From an uncultured virus (IMG/VR IMGVR_UViG_2877933038_000001) (Duplodnaviria; Heunggongvirae; Uroviricota; Caudoviricetes): a stretch of 64,000 bases of DNA. Below the pieces are notes generated by a model. That model saw only the letters and a list, made by a program, of their open reading frames with translations. It was not told the origin of the DNA and searched no databases. The DNA lies in the IMG/VR virus record IMGVR_UViG_2877933038_000001; one strand, 5' to 3'. Shown here in pieces: positions 60,042-64,000 of this stretch. Position 1 is the first letter of the stretch. Each line of letters begins with the position of its first letter. Both the position numbers and the translations under genes were made by a program.

Positions 60042-60491
60042 CTAGAAACCGAAATTCTTGAACATCTCATTACTACTCATATCGTTGGCTGGCGCACGGT
60101 TCATCGACTCCATCTGCTTGATCAACCCTATGCTAGCACCAACAGGCCCCCCGACGCTGAAACCGACGCTGCTGGAGCGGGTTTTGCTGGTGCTACTGCT
60201 GTGGGTTTGACTACGGGTGTTACAGTTGCTTTGGTGTGTCCGTGTGAGACCATTTTCGCTGAGCTGGCTATCTTCACTTTGGGTGCAGTTTCCCTGTGAC
60301 TGGCTGTGACTGTCTCCTGTGGTGTGGTTGCGGCTATCCGTGTGCCACTCGCTATAGCCTCCCGCCGGCGCAATGATTCCGACCGATGTACCGTGGGTGG
60401 CATAGGGAGGCATGACCATGCCACTACAGCCACCGAGCAGTAACGCGGTGCCGACGATAAAAATGAACTTACCCAGAGCGGTGTTTTTCAT
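60042..60491 (-). CDS. Ser/Thr-rich lipoprotein moron
   Basis: LLLGGC lipobox; AGGTAGG RBS; opposite to late operon. Confidence 0.75.
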   Translation of the reverse strand: MKNTALGKFIFIVGTALLLGGCSGMVMPPYATHGTSVGIIAPAGGYSEWHTDSRNHTTGDSHSQSQGNCTQSEDSQLSENGLTRTHQSNCNTRSQTHSSSTSKTRSSSVGFSVGGPVGASIGLIKQMESMNRAPANDMSSNEMFKNFGF

Positions 60492-60707
60492 TAGTTCCTA
60501 CCTATTTCTTCTCGTTGGTTATTTCTATGCCCTGCCTTGGCAGGGCTCGCTATTATTCATTCTTCAACTGTGAGATCAAGTTATTTTAATTAAATCGGTA
60601 TTATTCTTAATTGTGTTCTTTATGAATAAATATCCTCCGGCTATGCCGGAGGATATTTATTATTTCCCCTCATAACTGAGAGGACCCACACAACCAGAGG
60701 GGGATGA

Positions 60708-61097
60708 ATGTCCGAACCTGTATCCAGTGCGACAGTGTTGGCTGGTGGATTAATGGGGGCCAGTGTATTCGGTCTGGCAACCGGAACCGATTATGGTGTG
60801 GTATTCGGCGCTTTTGCCGGCTCGGTATTTTATGTCGCCACGGCAACCAACATCGGACGCATCAGGCTGGTCGCTTATTTTATCACGTCATTTATTGTGG
60901 GAGTGCTTGGCGCCGGGCTGATAGGTACTAAGCTTGCGGCAATAACGCATTATGAAAAACCACTGGATGCACTTGGCGCAGTAATTATTTCTGCAATGTG
61001 TATAAAGTTTCTCACTTTTCTCAACAGTCAGGATCTGAACACTCTGTTCAGTATTCTCTCTCGTATCAGGGGAGGGGGATCAGATGGTAGCAAATGA
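60708..61097 (+). CDS. Putative holin/antiholin (multi-TM)
   Basis: Hydrophobic, first gene of lysis cassette. Confidence 0.75.
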   Translation: MSEPVSSATVLAGGLMGASVFGLATGTDYGVVFGAFAGSVFYVATATNIGRIRLVAYFITSFIVGVLGAGLIGTKLAAITHYEKPLDALGAVIISAMCIKFLTFLNSQDLNTLFSILSRIRGGGSDGSK

Positions 61098-61365
61098 CCC
61101 TTCTGCAGTTCTGAATGCCGTAATTTGTGGGGTAATAGTCATCGTTCTGATGTTTTACCGACGCGGTGATGCGACACACCGCCCCCTGATTTCGTTACTG
61201 GCCTATGTCATGGTGCTGGTGTATGCCAGTGTCCCTTTCCGGTTTGTTTTTGGTTTATATGAATCATCCCACTGGCTGGTGGTGATGGTGAATATCCTTA
61301 TCTGCGCCGCTGTGCTGTGGGCTCGCGGTAATGTGGCGCGTCTGGTTGATGCTCTGAGGCACTGA
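61084..61365 (+). CDS. Phage holin family protein (3 TM)
   Basis: FYRRGDATHRP, ARGNVARL. Confidence 0.75.
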   Translation: MVANDPSAVLNAVICGVIVIVLMFYRRGDATHRPLISLLAYVMVLVYASVPFRFVFGLYESSHWLVVMVNILICAAVLWARGNVARLVDALRH

Positions 61366-61979
61366 TGAATCAACAACAATTTCAGCAGGCGGCTGGTATT
61401 AGCGCCGGGCTTTCTGCGCGCTGGTATCCGTATATTACGGCGGCAATGAGCGAATTCGGTATCACTGCGCCACTGGATCAGGCCATGTTTATTGCACAAG
61501 CGGGACATGAATCAGCAGGATTTACTGTTCTGAAGGAAAGCTTCAATTATTCAGTGGAGGCGCTGAAGAAGACGTTTGGTAAACGCCTGACGCCGTATCA
61601 GTGCGAAATGCTGGGGCGTATTGATGGTCGCCAGGTTGCCCACCAGCCACAAATAGCCAATCTGGTTTACGGTGGCCGCATGGGTAACAAAGACGCCGGA
61701 GATGGCTGGAAGTATCGCGGGCGTGGGCTTATCCAGATTACCGGGCTGGAGAATTACACCAGATGTGGCGTTGCCCTGAAACTGGATCTGGTGGCGAATC
61801 CGGGACAGCTTGAACTGGAACGTCATGCCGCCCGATCCGCAGCGTGGTTTTTTGTGACTAAAGGGTGTCTGAAATATTCCGGCGACCTGGTACGTGTTAC
61901 GCAGATCATCAACGGAGGGCAGAACGGCTTCGGCGATCGGCGAGAGCGCTTTGAGAAAGCAAAATCGGTGCTGGTATGA
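61365..61979 (+). CDS. GH19 endolysin, copy 2
   Basis: Near-identical to 15569-16183. Confidence 0.9.
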   Translation: MNQQQFQQAAGISAGLSARWYPYITAAMSEFGITAPLDQAMFIAQAGHESAGFTVLKESFNYSVEALKKTFGKRLTPYQCEMLGRIDGRQVAHQPQIANLVYGGRMGNKDAGDGWKYRGRGLIQITGLENYTRCGVALKLDLVANPGQLELERHAARSAAWFFVTKGCLKYSGDLVRVTQIINGGQNGFGDRRERFEKAKSVLV

Positions 61980-62515
61980 ATCTGTTATCTGCTCTTCTGA
62001 AAAGATACTGGTTGCAGCTGGCGTTTATTTTGCTGATGGCTGGTGCGTTTATCGCCGGTAATGTCTGGAGTGACAGGGGCTGGCAAAAAAAATGGGCAGA
62101 TCGCGACAGCGCTGAATCCTCTCAGGAAGTCAACGCCCAGACCGCCGCCCGTATTATTGAACAGGGCCGCATTATTGCCCGTGATGAGGCTGTGAAAGAT
62201 GCACAAGCGCAAGCCGCTAAATCTGCTGCCACTGCTGCTGGCCTGTCTGCCACTGTTAGCCAGCTGCGTACCGAAGCAAAAAAACTTGCCACCCGCCTGG
62301 ACGCCGCAAAGCACACCGCAAATCTTGCCGCTGCCGTCAGAAGCAAAACAGCCGGAGCCGACGCCACAGTGCTCGCCGACATGTTCGGAAGCCTTGCAGA
62401 AGAAGCTCAATATTATGCTGAGCGATCTGACGAAAGCTACCGCGCAGGAATGACGTGTGAGCGCATTTACAACTCGGTGAGAGAGTCAACCAACAATCCC
62501 ATAGCTCCGCACTAG
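61976..62515 (+). CDS. i-spanin (DUF2514-like)
   Basis: TM plus coiled coil, AGMTCERIY. Confidence 0.8.
   Translation: MNLLSALLKRYWLQLAFILLMAGAFIAGNVWSDRGWQKKWADRDSAESSQEVNAQTAARIIEQGRIIARDEAVKDAQAQAAKSAATAAGLSATVSQLRTEAKKLATRLDAAKHTANLAAAVRSKTAGADATVLADMFGSLAEEAQYYAERSDESYRAGMTCERIYNSVRESTNNPIAPH
62199..62453 (+). CDS. Embedded o-spanin lipoprotein
   Basis: LPLLASC lipobox, Pro-rich, +1 frame. Confidence 0.7.
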   Translation: MHKRKPLNLLPLLLACLPLLASCVPKQKNLPPAWTPQSTPQILPLPSEAKQPEPTPQCSPTCSEALQKKLNIMLSDLTKATAQE

Positions 62516-62557
62516 CGGGGCTTTTTGTTGTAACAAGAAGACGAAGAAGGAAATACT

Positions 62558-62935
62558 ATGTTTACAGTTAAAACCATCATCAACGGTGTTACGCATATTT
62601 GTGAGCAGCCATCCATCTCGATAGCCAGGGCCGGTTCTGAAACGTTCGCAGATACTTTAAAACTTACTCATAACTCAGCCTGCCCGGACTTCGCATACTG
62701 GCTCCCGGCTATCTATGAAGATCCAGAAATGACCAAAGCGCTGCAGGAGGAAGAACTGGTTATTAGTGACCGTACTGATGTGCTGGATACTGATGCTATT
62801 GCCATCATTATTGAGGAATATCCGAGTGAAAATTTCCCCGGCGCGGGTGATGGCTGCCGTTACCAGTTCATCTATCCTGGCGACCAGGTTTACGTGATGA
62901 ACTCTCACGGCTCGACCATCGAAACAGTGAAGTAG
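62558..62935 (+). CDS. Hypothetical protein
   Basis: AAGGA RBS; flanked by hairpins. Confidence 0.7.
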   Translation: MFTVKTIINGVTHICEQPSISIARAGSETFADTLKLTHNSACPDFAYWLPAIYEDPEMTKALQEEELVISDRTDVLDTDAIAIIIEEYPSENFPGAGDGCRYQFIYPGDQVYVMNSHGSTIETVK

Positions 62936-63031
62936 CCATTACAAAGCCTATCTACGGGTGGGCTTGATAAAGGCCTGTGGTGGACATATATACAAGTTGT
63001 GGTATGTAACCACTCATTTTGGGTAATAACT

Positions 63032-63259
63032 ATGAATCAGGCTATTGAGCAAATTATTCACAGCTCTTTGAATAAAAACGAGCCAGGCGCTGGCGTTGGT
63101 TCTTCAGTTACAGCTAATGATATCATTGAAGGGGTAAGACCCTACTACCAAGCAGCGAGTGGGGCGGAGAAACTGTCTATTGTCGAAAGGCTAAACAAAC
63201 TAAAAGTAGAGCCTGGTGTCCCGATCCCATCTAATATCGAACAGCTATTAAGTAATTGA
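63032..63259 (+). CDS. Hypothetical 75-aa protein
   Basis: ORF followed by terminator GCCGCCTCCGGGCGGT-T run. Confidence 0.6.
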   Translation: MNQAIEQIIHSSLNKNEPGAGVGSSVTANDIIEGVRPYYQAASGAEKLSIVERLNKLKVEPGVPIPSNIEQLLSN

Positions 63260-63348
63260 TAACAAGCCGCCTCCGGGCGGTTTTTATTGCCATCACAAAT
63301 GCCACCTTCGGGTGGCTTTTTTAATGGCTTTAACCATAGGACAGCAAC

Positions 63349-64000
63349 ATGGCAAAACCGGACTGGGAGGCCATCGAGACGGCATACCGGGCCGGAATTA
63401 TGAGCCTTCGCGACATAGGGGCGCTGTACGGCGTAACGGAAGGGGCGATAAGGAAGAAAGCAAAGAAGCTGGAGTGGGTACGCAAAAATATTACGCAGGT
63501 ACGCAAAAATGGTACGCAAAAAAACACGGTGCGTACCACGAGGAGGCCTGCCAGCTCCGGCGCAGTGCAAAAGCATTCGCGGCCAGAATCCGGACCTCCC
63601 GCAGATACGAAACCCGAAGCGGTACGCAAAAAGGTTGTCACTAATCATCCTCCTTTTCAGCCTGGTAATCAGTATGCACTGAAACATGGCGGTTACGCCC
63701 GGCGCCTTCTACTGAAAGATGAAGTTGTTGAGGATGCCAGAGCGCTGACGCTTGAAGATGAGCTCTTTCGGCTGCGGGCGAATAACCTGATGGCCGCCGA
63801 GAACATTGGTCGCTGGTTCACCCTGCTGGAGGATGCGGAGGAAGAGCAGCAGCGCAAAATTCTGATGGATAACATCAGCGCTGCCGAAAAGGCGATGATG
63901 CGTAACACCGTGCGCATTGAATCCATCGTTGGAACGCTGGCGACCGTTAGCAAAATACACGCCGACACTGATTATCGTTTGGCGGCTACTGATAAGGTAT
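63349..64000 (+). CDS. terS: Terminase small subunit (runs off the window)
   Basis: MAKPDWEAIETAYRAG..PGNQYALKHGGY; C-half homologous to 17389 terS. Confidence 0.85.
   Translation, partial: MAKPDWEAIETAYRAGIMSLRDIGALYGVTEGAIRKKAKKLEWVRKNITQVRKNGTQKNTVRTTRRPASSGAVQKHSRPESGPPADTKPEAVRKKVVTNHPPFQPGNQYALKHGGYARRLLLKDEVVEDARALTLEDELFRLRANNLMAAENIGRWFTLLEDAEEEQQRKILMDNISAAEKAMMRNTVRIESIVGTLATVSKIHADTDYRLAATDKV

Noticed and set aside
63312..63968. Track ORFs 63312-63644 and reverse-strand ORFs
   Set aside because: Overlap the real terS frame starting at 63349, which runs off the window.

Overview
The window lies almost entirely within Salmonella-type (Gifsy/SEN34-like) lambdoid prophage DNA. It starts at a probable attL (core TTATAAAAATGTAGC, 146-160, recalled as the pncB-pepN Gifsy-2-type site). 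Early region A follows: int, xis, dam, a DGQHR/DndB-like gene, Red exo-bet-gam, kil, cI/cro/cII, O with iterons, a DnaC-like loader, LexA-controlled dinI-antirepressor, ninG and Q. Next come a lysis cassette and a complete contractile-tail head/tail operon, then cargo genes (WaaK-like glycosyltransferase; small membrane protein plus HTH operon). An apparently intact lepA-type (Gifsy-1-like) attP precedes a second int/xis and early region B, which ends in Q, a second lysis cassette and a second terS running off the end. A ~1.4 kb Q-region direct repeat (13853-15244 vs 58415-59806, identical by eye) brackets a 44,562-bp unit that is one whole circularly permuted phage genome. This suggests phage B sits inside prophage A by homologous recombination, although an assembly join is not excluded. 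The best candidates for undescribed systems are an acr-aca-like autoregulated operon (41655-42222), macrodomain and Nudix genes in the virion operon, a DGQHR-dam pair, a 332-aa gene in the rex/bstA slot, a 24-codon lipopeptide/lipoprotein pair, and an ATTGTGAGYC array. All family assignments come from motif recognition and memory, not database searches.
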